From NCBI GenBank assembly GCA_977030845.1, contig OZ365110.1:31186001-31250000 (forward strand): a stretch of DNA of 64,000 bases, in the 5' to 3' direction. Position 1 is the stretch's first letter. The number at the start of each line of letters is the position of its first letter. The notes beneath the pieces are model-generated. The model saw nothing but the letters and a program-made list of their open reading frames with translations. It had not been told where the DNA came from and searched no databases. The DNA comes from Fimbriosthenelais zetlandica. Its lineage: Eukaryota. A program made the position numbers and the translations under genes. Shown here piece after piece: positions 1 through 13,800 of this stretch.

Positions 1-760
1 CAACACACACGCCCCGTTAAAAATCACCCTCGCCTTATCTTCCTGCCCGCGCCTCGCGTTGTAACGGGTAGAAAATAGACCACCCGTCGACTACAATGGG
101 CCTCCCCCGCGCCAATCCACGTCACTTCCTTTATAAGCACCAAGGAGAACGTCAAGCGCTCCACAATGACACAGCGACATTCATGGTCACCGATACTCCT
201 AGTCAGAAGCGGTTATCTCTAGCCAGGACGCCAGCGCTCGATCGTTCACCTCTCCATTATTTATTTCTCGCTCATTCATCATCATTGCCCGTCGTTACTC
301 GCTCCCGTTCATCCCTCCTCCGCTCCTTCTTCACGTGCCCCACAGTCCTACAACTTCCGGCTGAAATTTCCCGACCGGAAATGGTCACGCGCGCAAGCTC
401 GGAGTCATGTCAGTGCCACCGGAAGTCAGGAGTTGTTTTGAGGTTTGCTCGCCAGGGGGCAAAGGGCCATTTTGGGGGCATACACGGGAGGAAATGAAGG
501 ACCCCTGGTGGTGTTGGTGCTGGTGATGTTAAGAGGACCTCTGGATGGTTCCTCTGATCACCGTTAGGTGGCCGCGTGTCAGAGGTGAATCCGCCAGGCT
601 TTAATGTGACGCTGGCGGGACGCTGCTGATGTCTTATGAGCCAATTACCATTTAATCAGTTGACCCGGGCGCCGCGCCCGCCCAACAGTTAATTATTTCT
701 AATCAATGCAGTAGGCGAAGGCTATTGTTCGTCCGCTTCTGACGGCGACAAAGCCAACCC
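1..760. promoter_or_regulatory. CpG-rich promoter/enhancer-like element inside coe intron 6
   Basis: CCAAT followed by CACGTCACTTCC near 113-129. ETS cores CTTCCGG (about 354-360), CCGGAAAT (375-382) and CCGGAAGT (419-426). High CpG. Confidence 0.45.
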
Positions 761-3700
761 GTTATATTTCCATAGACACACAGGCCAGACAGGCTCCACC
801 TCAAGTCCCCATCACAGCCATCACCGTTATTTCCTGAAGAATCTGAGAAGAATTGGGCGATAAAACCAGCCATTTGATGTTTCATAACACCACGTGGCAT
901 GGGCTGAGAAAGAGGATGCAGTATTTATCAGCGTCTCCTTTTCATGCAGTCCCATGGTGGTCTTCCGCATTTGTTCCTCACTTCTCACAAAAATTCTAAT
1001 GTCATTTCCTCCTTTTAGACAAAACATCACACTTTTTGAAAATCATATTACAAAAGGGACCTGGAATGAATCGAGTATGAATGGGAAGCATGCGATGGGC
1101 CCATGATTTTAAAATTTCAACATGGCACATTAAATAAATATTGCACTATTAATGATGAAAGGGAGAAGCCATTGGCCAAGATAAATGCTGATTTAAAAGC
1201 AGGGATTCATTTATAGGGCCCATTTATTTATCTAGACGCTATCAGTGAATGGTCATCCGATTAGCGGTGTCCAGCAGCGGACATCTGACCATCAGCTGAT
1301 CCCCCCTTCACCCTTGAATCCCATGAGTTCTAATCCTCCGGGCTTGGAGTGGAGGAAAACATGGATACTCCAGTCTCTATTGTCCTCAAGGGGCACCAAA
1401 CAAGTGGCAGGAAATAGTTCTATTCAGGATCGAGGGCTGGGTAAGCGAAATGGAAGGTAATATTGAGAATGAGAACCGACTATGACATGATACTATAACA
1501 CTACTTATCACCATCCCCCGCATTCAATTCTATTAGAAAGGAATGGTTTCACATTGAAGCTTCTATGACTATTAGTTGAGGATATAGAAAATGGATGACC
1601 GCTCAATGGTTGTCACGTACAAAGCCCCATGGGAGAGGCGCTACAATAACCAAGTAGATGAGGCCGAAACACGATTATACTAAGCGTGGTCACACTAGTT
1701 CAATGTTTATATATTTGCCCAGTACTTTGAAACTGTTATTCCTTTCCCATAATTCGATAAGGGATTCATACGGCTAATATAAAGAGAGTGTTGGCAGCGC
1801 ATAAGAGTTGATCCTTTGTTTGCATTCAGGACATGGTGGGGGGCTGGGGCGCACTCAGCGCCGCCTGTCGAGTGCTGTGTGAGATATAAATCTGAAGTGT
1901 CAGGCGGCAAGGCGCTGAATTCATGAAGGCAAACCCGCGACCCATCGGCATTCTGAATTCACAGCATCTCCAGCCAAACACCATGCGAATGGGAATCAGA
2001 ATCATGGCCGACAATAGTCATACTTCACACACTTTCCACGCCTGCGCAGATAGATGAGGAAATATCATCACCGGAAGTGGATTTGAAACCTTGGTATAAG
2101 ATGGTGAGTTGTGAGGCCTGAACATTTGGAATATATAATATTGTATTGTAAGACCTGAATGCTTGGAATATAAAGATGCTGTGGGATCTGACTGTTTGAT
2201 TTAGAGTCAGCGGTCGCCTATAATAGAGGTCGGGGTGTGTGTACTGAGATGAGCAGCTATTGTCCCTGATGACCTTGATGTTCTGCCACCCCCTCCTATG
2301 CCATCTGGCGGGATACCTTCCCCGTCAAACCTGTTTTATCCTACCCTCGTTCCTTCCCACTCAGCCTCGCTACATCCCCCTACTGTGCCCTTGTCCACAA
2401 CCACCGGCGTTGTCAACCCAAGTCACCATAGAAACAAAGGCATGACAATTGATCCTAGTTTGCATTTTTATTGGCATGTCGAGCCAGGCCACACCCTTTC
2501 CAAACCAACTCTCTCCAAACTGTCAAACAGTTAAATTATAGACATCCTGATCTCTGAGCTTACCAACTGTCCATTTGAGCAACTCAGGATTAACTCACAA
2601 AATGAATGCCCTTCAAAATAAAAAATAAAAAACTGACGACAGCAGTCGATGAATCTACAATGCAAATCCCGCTGCATCATTTGCATTAACCAATGGTCCG
2701 ACGCATGATTTTACAAACAAAATGCAAGTATTTTGCATGTAACCAAGAAAGGGTGACAGGAGTGTGAGGGAAGGATAAAGATGGAGAATTGTTAGAAAAA
2801 GAGGGCGAGAAAGGAAAAGAGAGCAAGAGGGGAGGGGTCTGTTTCTCACCGATATCAATAGAAAATGCAAATGGCAGATGGTGTTTCAATTTTATAAGGC
2901 TATATCATGCATATGCAAGATTCTATCAGTGTGATTAAATTGTCTGGGGTTCCCTAGCTGTGAGAGATACTGGATGAGGTGATATGAATATGTGATAAGA
3001 AGGGTAAATATGACAACCTGATCCAGTTTACGACCAAGAATGCAAAGCGTTTGAGAAGACGAGGGAAGAAAAGAAAGTAACAAAAAAGTCTCAGGATTTA
3101 TAAGAAGGAACATGGGCAGGATAATTGATAAAATGAAGTTGGTAAGGTAATGTCACAATGATGATCCAGCTGAACGGGGGATGGGATCCGAATTGATCAA
3201 AAAGCTCTGGGCCTGTCCATTAGGGCTGAACATTAAGTATGGGTAAACAACAAGGGGTGAACTGGCCCCCTCTCAGCCCCCAAACGCCACATTCACATAA
3301 AATGAATTACAGCCCCCAACCTCACATATTAAACAATCATCCGCCAAAGTTGAATACAATTACAATTGATTAAAAGTGCAAGTTGTCACGGCAAAAGTCA
3401 CCTCTGGACTGGCAGATAAAAGGGGGCCTAGGCTCGGTAGCAATTTACATTAAAGCGCTATGGTAATGTAGACTCCATAGACCGAGGGCACCTGTTAGCC
3501 CCATGGCCTTTGCCAAGGGAAAGCAATGTAGCATCTGCTGCCTCGGCTAACCTTTTATGGCGATTGCCTCCCAACTGGAAGCGTAGTTCAACCCACTGAG
3601 AGGTAAATAGATTATCCCTTAATTGATAAGTGGTGCCTTATGTTACTTTTTGTTCTATAATTATTCATTTCCCAAAGCTATTGTTCGTAAGCATTGATCT

Positions 3701-6700
3701 ATGTGATGGGGGCATGCTGCTTGCAGGGGATCTTTGGTAACTATGGTTGTCCATGGTACATACATGTATTATGTGCATATTGTTGCAGCAAACTGGGGCT
3801 ACACGCATCCCTGATCTTCTTGAAAGGTTGCAGGGATTTTTTGTAACAAAAAGAAGGGACTGCAATTAATTAGTGAAGCGCTATACAGGAATCAATCTAG
3901 ATATAGCTAGGCACTTGAAGTTACTGACCTAAATACGTAAGTGCCTATATACAATATAAACATAATGATTTCTATGTAGAGTTTCTGTTTAAAACGAACA
4001 TATCAATATATATCAGTAGATTTGTGGCAGGCAGAAGATATGGAAGATGGTAATGAGAAGAAGGCGACATAAAACTGACAGGTTTTGCACCCCTAATTAG
4101 GCAGATGAGTAACAGCAGTAAAATCCTCTCATTTCACCCAATATCGCCCAATGCAAACTGACTCGTCATTGCCACGAATAAGCCCCAAGCCCTGACGTTA
4201 ATCCCACACTCCTAACGTGACAGTTATTGCCAGTACATATAGCAATATTACCATGTCAGCCACAATCACCCATTTTACTATGAATTAAGGAATCCCCCCT
4301 CCGTTTTCCTCGACCCTCAAATCCCGCTCCAGGAGCAATTCCAGTTAGCTCAGCCATTGTAACCACCTCAAATGATTGATTGTCTCATTGGGTAAGAATC
4401 CCAAGTAAGCATTTTCTATCCAAGCACCCTAAAGCCTTCTTGTCCCACTTAAGCATACTTAACTCAGAGTAACTTAAGGGCTTAGCACGGACCATACTTA
4501 ACTGATAGACACAGCAGCATATCTTGCCTATTGTGAACTTGTTACCTTGAAAAAAATCCTAGGTTGAGTTAACGAGATGGGTGGAAGATGAGTGGGATAT
4601 ATATCATTTCCAGCCCGACTGCCTCCACATGCCAAGCACAACCGATATTGTTCTATTCTTTTGTCGTTAATCAGCCTATTCTGGCACTGGGTTATGAAAA
4701 AAATGCACACAGCATCTTCCCATAGACTAACCATTGGCTAATGGCTAGCGCTCTTTTTATGAAACGCATCCCTGATCTGTTATACAAAAGAAAGATGGGC
4801 GGGGGGTTAAAAAAGAGGGAAGCGATAGCAGATGGAGGTAAAACAGGGACGGAGTGATTGATTTAGATGGGCTGAAAAGTGGGTGGGGTAGGCTGGGCAT
4901 ATTTATTACTGTGTGTGGCATAACAAATACATAACCAACACCATGCATAGTGTTTAAATTCAGGGCTTAGGGTGTTTAGTTCTTGATCGGTACCTCACCA
5001 GTTATGAATGTAGAACGAGGACAACGATTGAATAAATCTAAGGGTTTATATGATTTATTCAGAATGTTTAATCATTCTAATAGTAGGGCTTACTCCCAAG
5101 TAATATTCATATTAGTAGCAGATGCCATTCCTAAGATTGATGAGGGTTATAGGGGGAAGCCATGTTATATGGAAGAAGCCACGCTCAGGAAGCCACAGGA
5201 AGTGACCGAATCACACACACAGTCACCTCTACCCCTCTCTGGCCTCCCACCCACCCCCATCAGGGCCCCTAGAGATCTCGTGGCATTCTCGCCTTGCCTC
5301 GTCCGGCGCGAGATCACAGACGAGGCAAGTCCCAGGATGGGACCAGGGAACGTCGCCCACAAACTCGGGCAAGCTGATAACCTAATTGTATACGTCTTTA
5401 GCAGCACTAGGCCACATCGTGTAGACCCCCCATATGACCCGGAAAAAGTCACATCTTAGAGGCTGGAGGTGATTCTCCAGGGTTTTACCGGGGGACAGGA
5501 GGAAGGAGGGAAACAAGATGGTATCCATCGTGACTCTGGTCGCCTGGTTTATCCGGTTACAACGCGCATGCTCACAGTGATCACTCACAGTTGGATAGTA
5601 GCAACCAAATGGTTCACTTAAAAGCAACTACCATGTACACGAAGGAATCTGTACATTCTTTAAGCTTGAGTCATCTAAAGGTCATGTATGCATGCAGGCG
5701 AAGTGAATATATGCCATATGAATATATATATCATTTAGGATCTATATACATTTAAGCCTAAGCAGCGATGATATTCGGTTGTTGATTTTATATTATAATT
5801 AAAGTAGGACTACGTTTTTAAAATAATTGCATTCTTCACTTGTAACCTACACATGTACAAGAAGATAAGATTTTCCTATCTGTCAAAGAGAGATAGGCCG
5901 TAGATATGCATGCTGTTGATAATAAAGAGAACACACACAGACACCCATGCATCAATATCAATTTTCTAAAGGGGTGGAACAGGGACATTTATATTTCCCT
6001 TCAGCCCAAGTCCCAAGAGGATAGTGGGCGGCCGTCCGAGGTTTTGGAGCTCGGGAAACATTTTTCCTGTTGCATTCCAGTCCCACTCAGCCGCGCCCAT
6101 TTGGCAGGGCCAAGCCTGAGGTATAATGCTGGCTGTAAAGTGCAGTACTCATGCGTTTAGATGCACCGTTGCCTTCCAAATAACATAGGGCTTTATTAGA
6201 AGGGAATCATTAAATTAGTGTGGGACGGGCCGAGGCCACTGCCCAGGGCTAAATGTATCTAGGAGATGAAACCGGGCGTATGGGAGGGACCCCGTGGGAC
6301 CATCACTCAGTCCCTGGTCTCCTTTCATCCTTATGCGACCCATGTTTTACTCCAATAAATTAAGACATGAAAGATCCCTTTCTCTGGGCATCCATTTTCC
6401 ATTGATCTTTTTAATACTTTTACACTGGGAGGAACCGGACGGTAATGGGGTGGCTGGACCGTGTGTGGGGCTGGGAATTGGTTGGAGGGGGTGGCGCTGA
6501 ATTTGAAAACACAGATCTGAAATGATGAAGGACTTAAACAGAAATGTCGGGGATTTTCAAAGCAAGTCAATTTTTTCTTGGTCTGAAATCAGATATATAA
6601 TATATAACAACTCCAAAGAGGCATAATAAAAGGCCCTATGTACATGACAATCCCTGGGATACTTTTGTACAGTGGGAGAAGCGTTTGCTACAACGTCAAG

Positions 6701-7723
6701 CCTGATTTTTCTCCGCGCGTGGAGAAGATACCGCGCCAAAGTGTCGCTCTGGGACCCGCCCATAACAAGAGGTCATAGAAGGAGAGCACCTCACTGGACG
6801 CCTTCAGCTCCTCCAGGTGAGCAAATAGGGGAGTGAACAGGAGGAAGGATGGGGAGAAGCAGGAGTAGTAAGGGCAAGACAGAGGAAGGGGTAGCAGTGC
6901 GCAGGGCCAGAGATGGTTGTAATTCATTGGTTGTCTTAATACACCGGGGTATACGGGCTGGAAATCACCTTATTGTGTAGGGTACTTGTCGCAACTAGAG
7001 TAGATAATCAAGTGTCTCTATGGGCGCATCTTGACATGCCAAAAGGTGGCTGTTTACAGACCCCGGTGAAGGTTTGACACCTCATTAACATTATCTTTAT
7101 GACCAAACCAGCAGATCTTATAGACATAAAGAGCTTTGCTCCTAGAGATAGAAATTCGAACAGGTAGGCTACATGATGAACAAGAACCGAAATGTATGGT
7201 ATGAGGAATCAGCCTCTAAGGAAAAGGAGCAACTGGAGGAAGCAAGTTAGCAACCTTCTCTTTTCCTCCAGTGTTTCTAGATGCCCTGGAGGGACTAGCA
7301 ATGGTGGGAGGAGAAGGAGAGTAGAAGGAAAGAGCCCTAACTAGGTTGGTTGTGTGTCGTGAGAATGCTCCTTAACACGAACCGCACCTTAATCAAAAGT
7401 CTCCGCGGACCCACACTCCAGGCGCCCGGGCTTGCTCCAGGGTGGCTAGAGGTCAGGGATGAATCCCGATGCGCCTTCTAGGGCGCTGACCTATCCCCTC
7501 TAATGCTGTAGAGGCGCCCACCTGGAGGAAATGTATGGAGGGAGTGATGGGGGCGGACAGGTACCATATGTGGTCAACTCCACTCTCATCTAGCTCTCAT
7601 GGGGGAGCCACCGTCTTAGTTAAAGCACCGGCGTTCATGTAATTCCCTTTAAATGTACATGTCCTAAGCACATTTTCCCTAAAATTCGACTCAAAGGTTT
7701 ATTTTAAAACAGGGTTATCTCTT

Positions 7724-7812
7724 TAATCGGATTAGGTCACGTGCACTTAATCCAAGTGTAACCGGAGAAACGCTTTGATCTTGATCTTGACTGGGTCACG
7801 TGATTGTAATCC
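7724..7812. promoter_or_regulatory. Candidate enhancer with a duplicated GGTCACGTG-N4-TAATCC composite
   Basis: Composites at 7735-7753 and 7794-7812. TAAT-CGG-ATTA palindrome at 7724-7734. CTTTGATC lies between the two composites. Confidence 0.5.
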
Positions 7813-10800
7813 GGGTATTTTACTGGTCAGCGGTCAGATCAGGAGGAGGCTGATCCCGATGGGACGTCCTCTAGTGGTCAAATGGGGAAGGTGGTCAATA
7901 ATGCATCAATAAAGTCGGTGTGGATAGCAGAGTCTAGGCCAAGTAATGGCTGGACATTACAAACATCATTGACCGCACTGCCCAGATGGAAAAGCCAGCT
8001 GAAAATCACCCCTGGCAAGTGGTAATGATTTATATGCCTTCTCTTCAAGCATACTGAAGCTTTGAATTTAAAAAACGATTTTTTAAAGGGCAAAAACCGG
8101 AACCTTGAATTGGAAATTCAAGGAGGCCCGCGCACGACCCCGTTTTTCTTATACTACTGGGTGGCTGAGTTATTGTTGGAAGGCACATTTTAGTGGCAAA
8201 AAGTCGAGTCTCGAAGTGCCATCAATAACGGATGGGGAGTACATTTGTATACCGAGCAGGTTGCACATCGATTATCAATCCTACCAAAACAAGTTGGATT
8301 TGGCCTGGAGAAGATAAACGTGAGCGGGTGATGTTTTATTCGGTTAGCGTGAGCAGCTCAGGCTTACTGGAGGACAATAATGATGAGGCCTCTGTCCAAG
8401 AGTGGCTCCCTGGAGACGCAGAGGTTCACACATATTGTACCGGTGGTCCCAGTGGGCACACCCGTCACCTGAGCCCGACCTGTCCTCCTGTCCTCTCAAC
8501 CATCACCCTCAACCCATCCGTCACGACCCTGGAGGTGGGTTTTCACCGCCTGGAAAGCCCCTCGAGGGACCTTCACGTCACCCCATGACACCACCCGCCT
8601 TTCTCTCTCCTTCCCTCCCTCTTCTTCCCCAGCGTTTTCATGTACATTTCATGACATTTTGTCCACGCCGTTGGAAGCGTCCTCTGACGGCACCTAGCTT
8701 TGTCCCTGATTATCGCTCACTCGGGGGAATACTCGGCGCGGTCCCCGGATGAAGTTCCCCCTGACGACATTTCACACCTCGCTATTTTGCGCGCGCAATC
8801 CTGGATTTTGTCCCGCTTGGCATTGGGCTCAAAATACAAACAACCGACGGCTTTAGTCGGCAGAAAACTAATGGAAATGCCGGCCGGAGTCTGTTGAAAC
8901 ATGTCACGTTGATTAAAGGAAGGGAATCCTGATGCATTTCTGGGAAATTGGAAGTTGTGACGTCTTAAACTCGAAACTTGAAACGAGTAAAGAATTCTCC
9001 ACTCTGAATGGCAACTTCAGCAGATATTCAAACTTAAATTTATGTATTTATCCATCAGAAATCTAGAACTAGTCGGCATTTTAACCTTTTTGTATTTGTT
9101 CTGAGAGAAATATCAGGAATTTCGGACATCTTTTTTCCCAGACAGCCCATCTCATTGCATTGAGAGTGAGAGCCATATATCATAGTGAACTGGCAATGAT
9201 GAATAGATGCCAAAACTAATGTACATTATTGACGACTTTGTCCTGCGCTTAATCAATTATGGAATGGCATGGTAGGCCAAAGCCAAGCGGTGGCCAAATA
9301 CCGATAAACTAGTCCCAGAGGACCAAATCTCCAATCAGCCAAAATTCACTCCACATTCCAGAACTTTGGCCAATTCGGGCTTTTATCTGTAGTTTATTTA
9401 AGAACTAATTATGCAATACATTACTGGCTATTTAAAATTATTTCATTTTTAGAGTTCTATATTTCCCTTTTTCTGAGGTTAGAACAAAAGCCCCATTCAC
9501 CTATTCGGTAATCATGTGAATGACCCGGACCTAAAACCTTTGACCTTAACGTTAGAGTAGTTTTAGTCTGACTATGCATGTTGCACTCTCCTCCCCTGGC
9601 GATGGTGGAGGTGGGGGGTTTGGCAATGACTTGGTACAGGCAGAAAACCCCACTGCCTTCCTCTACCCGACCGAAAGAATAGCTCAGAGCTCCTCGCTTC
9701 TGCTCAATGAATATTTGAGGGTGACGTTTAACATGAGAGTAGTGGTCTTGTCCTCAGGGAACACGCCGGAACTCCCAACGGACGCCCGAAATGATAACGC
9801 ATGATAAAGAGATTTGGCAGGCGGTAGAGGAGCGGGGGTCCCTTAGGGATTCCACTACATCAAACATTTACTCCGCTCACCTGTAATCAGCCAGCGACAA
9901 GGCTACCTTAACTGTACTCTTTAAAGTTTAACGTGGACCGCACTCGGGGAATTGGTGGCCGGGGGTCCGTTGGGAATGAGGTAAAAGCTATTGAGTGTCA
10001 GGTGAGTGTAAAGCACTCAAGCGTGGAGGATGTATAGATGGCTCCACCAACATGGGTAGAGAGAGAGTAGTCGTGATTTGAGATCATGGAAATGATATCC
10101 CAATATGGATGAAAATATTACCTATATACATGTATAATTCACATTATATATAGTTCTGGGCGATAATGAAGGCAATCTTTGAACAAGCTGCAAAATCTCT
10201 AGTGTCAGATTTAGCTCATTCCATTATCCTCCACATTCTATTTTTCACTTAGATATAATACCTTTTTGAATTCTTCTTTATAACCTATATTGTCAATGAC
10301 ATATAAAGGAGGATATATGCAAACAACGCCCGTTGGTGTGTTTGAAAAGTGAAACAACATAATACAGTGGAAGACGCATTTCAAAGTGAACACTGTTACT
10401 TTAAGCCAGTCTTTTACTATTTACTGACACAAGATCTTGATAACATATCGAGGGAATTAACTTCAAACGAAGTCAATAACAGCCTCCAACACATCCTTCT
10501 TGGAATAATGAAGATTTACAATACAGCGTCACACAGGTGTGTTGATTTTCACTGTCTACTCGCGTCACCGAAGCGTCGCCTTTGTGACTGATCGAGCAGT
10601 GTCTCAACAATCGATCGATTACACTTAGTTAATCGGGTAACGCCCTTGGTATACACATCTCCTTTTACATCTCCTATGCTTTCTCAACCTTCCCCTCCTC
10701 TGTTACATTTGCTTATATCATTGGGCGTTCAAAGTAAGGCTTTCTCCCCTCTCTGTCCTCATTTACATTTTAAACGCTTCTGAAACTTCACCTGTCAGCC

Positions 10801-13800
10801 AAAGCCAAAGAGAGTGAAATCTGACACGCTTTCCTCTCTAAATCGAAGGAGCAATTAGGTTTGGTTTTGTTTGAGGAAGTTACCTGACCGACAAGCCTAA
10901 GTACTTTTTTTTGCATTTTCAACATGGTTTAATTTCTACTTGAAGGGGCACATAATTCATTGTCAATGCCCATATAAAGCGTCAACAGGAGCTATGATCT
11001 ATGTATAAAATACTATACAAAGCTGAGTTATACGTGAATGATCCTTGAAAATTACTTATAAAGGATTGACAAGGATAGAACTGCTGAGCTCTGTGGGTGA
11101 GCACTCGTTCGAAAGATTCAGAAGACCACCAAGAGAAGCTTGATTAAGTCATTGCCAGTAGGGGAGGCAGGTTGTCCTTCTTCAGCACAAAGAGTACCAG
11201 AGAGGGCCTACTAATTGTCTCCTATCTTGGTGAACCAGCAGTGGCGCTCGTCCACGCTTCATTCACTCTTAACCACAAGGAGAGAGGCCTTGTAAACTGA
11301 CCCTTGTCCCCTTTACATTCCAATATTTTTCTAATTCATATAGCTAGGAATGGCAAATACATATCATGTAGTTTTGATGGCACCCTATTTTTCTAGAGGA
11401 GTTGAAGTTTAATTAAATTATGCAGGGATTTTAATTAAATATTTTCATTAAAAATAGAAAATGGCCGAACTTGGCAAGTCTATGTGGCCTGGTGCCCTGA
11501 AGGCATGGTCCTAACTGTTTGACTAAAGGCTAAATAGAAGTGAGGGTGATCAGGGGAGAGAGAGGACGCAATGTAGCGTCAACATACTTATCGTAAAAAC
11601 GTCACCACTCACTTCCTCAAATAGCCGCTTGAAACGCTGCTGATGGGGCTTGGACTATTATCGCCGAGGCGCGGCACGGGGGGCAGGGCTGACCAGAGTG
11701 TGATACAAGACAGGACAAAAAGAAGGATATAGGGTTATCGTGCCATGTTAAAAACGTGTTAAAGACATGACGAGTGGTGGGAACTGGAAATAAAGCTGAA
11801 TCTGCTATTTCTGGCGAAGGCGTTTTTAACGCCTTTTAGAAATATATAGCTATTCAGTATTATTTTCTCATATATTACATAAGAGAAAACAAGGGTCAGT
11901 AGATTTTACAGTGATTCTGTCTTGCCCATGAAAGAGAATCCACTCCTCCTCAGAGTGAAAGACGAGGTCGTGAAAATGCCATTACTGGCGGACCTCCCTA
12001 TCCACTACACACCACTGACAGCCCAATTACCGATAAAAAGTTTCTAATTTTCCTACAAAACCTGCCCTCTCTATTAATTTGTACTTATCTGGGGTGCCGG
12101 AAGGGGTCGGGATGAGAGGGAATGGGAGGGCGTGAGGGGCAGGGCATCGGTATATCTATATAGATGTCCCATGGGGCTTGAGGCAGGGAAGAGGGATCCT
12201 AGAGGGGTCAGATCCATGGAGAATGACATGCCTAGATATAGGTCTGGCTCAATCAGCTGTTTATATTTTGGTTGGAGTGAATACTTGTGAAGATACATAC
12301 ATATCTTCCTCAAAACCTCTCCCTAGCTATTGTAACTGTTGACATTCCAGCACTGAAAAAGGCATTCACAGATAGAAAATGTTCACACCCTTTGAATCAT
12401 ATTAAATCCTTTAGTCGTTATTCCGGACATAATTAATCACATATAAAACCAAACTAAATGGCCGCAGAGTGACGTAAGGTCTAGTTGAGCCCACTTATCA
12501 CTTATCTACATAAGGGGGAGGGCAGAGAGTGAGGGAAACATCTGTAACGTTTACGGGATACTTTTGGGTGCCGTAATGGCGGGACTTTGAGGTATGCAAG
12601 TATTCGTCCTATCATAACATGACTGGTGTTGCCAGCCATCTCCCACAGCGTCCCTGTTACAACTAGCATATCAGCAGGCGCTGGTAACACGCCTATAGTG
12701 TGACAGTCTTGATCGGGAATTAATTAACTAAGATAAACAACTCGCTGTGGGGCTGGCGCGCCAACCAGGTGTCAATTTCATCGTGCAGAAACGTTGGCCT
12801 CTTTAATTAACCAAAGGCTCTGGCTTGTTTACAAAAAGATGTGGTGTTACTCACTATAGTACAAGCCTTTCATACATGGACACAACACGATGTTAGCTTG
12901 ATTTTCTCCGAAAGACATGTGATTTATGATTTTGGACGTCACTTCCGGTTTAGCAGAAGATATTTGAGAGGTGCGTCGATGCCATCTTTATTTGGTGGGA
13001 AGGATCGATTGTGGGGCATTCTGGGAGGAAATGAAGTGATCAATTGGTGCCTGGTGATCCATAGGCTGCTTGACCCGGGATCATACCTTGCGAGGGATGA
13101 GGATGAGAGAGAGCAGTAAAAGAAAACCGGAAAGCGGTACGGAAAGCGAGAGAGAAGGGGATAGTAGAAAGATTATGCTCGTATGAATAGCGTAACGTAA
13201 ATGCAAGATTGGGGAATGCAAGAAACAAACAACCGAGGAAGATACTGAGTGAGTGATCAAGTCCACTACATCTTATTATAGCCAGTAAAGGAAACCTCTC
13301 CTGAGCTTTTCCATCTTTTCACACCCAGACCACCAACCTTAGCACTCCATACGCCAATCTTCAGTGAAAGATGAAAATTCTGGGTGGCGAGAGAAGGAGA
13401 GAAGACAGTTTTTAGCCGGGATCAAAAACCTCATCCCCCTTGATAGACACACGTGCTATTGGTTATGATATTGTCGGGAGAATTTCGAGTGGCGAAGGAT
13501 CTTGGTTTTAGCTTTCAAAGGCCTGTTTTTGGCGGGGACCTGGGGACAGGAGACGTGAGTGCTCCAGCTCCTCCTTTGATGTAGGATTCCCCACAAAGAA
13601 AACGGATTCATATCTCACATCTGCTGCAGGATTGGCCTTCTTATAAGGTCTTCGTTGCATGCATAATGAATGGGGGAGAATATAAATTTTCGCCCGGGAT
13701 GAAAATGAACTCTTCGGGACTATCTATCACATGGGTCTCTTCGCTAAAGGCTTTGCGTGGTTGAACCAACCAAGCAATTCCTTGAGATACAACATTCCAA

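Noticed and set aside
96-497. 133-aa ORF at the window start
   Set aside because: The low-complexity S/R/L peptide overlies TF-motif-dense CpG DNA and is better explained as regulatory sequence.
4983-5459. 158-aa ORF
   Set aside because: No recognisable domain, non-ATG start, and no supporting splice structure.
1-6000. Impression that CTAG is over-represented
   Set aside because: About 13 counted in the first 6 kb against roughly 20 expected from composition, so it is not enriched.
8030-8093. Minus-strand peptide SFFKFKASVCLKR, considered as coe exon 7
   Set aside because: It lacks CNQNCLKNAGNPRDMRRFQ, which is essentially invariant in COE proteins.
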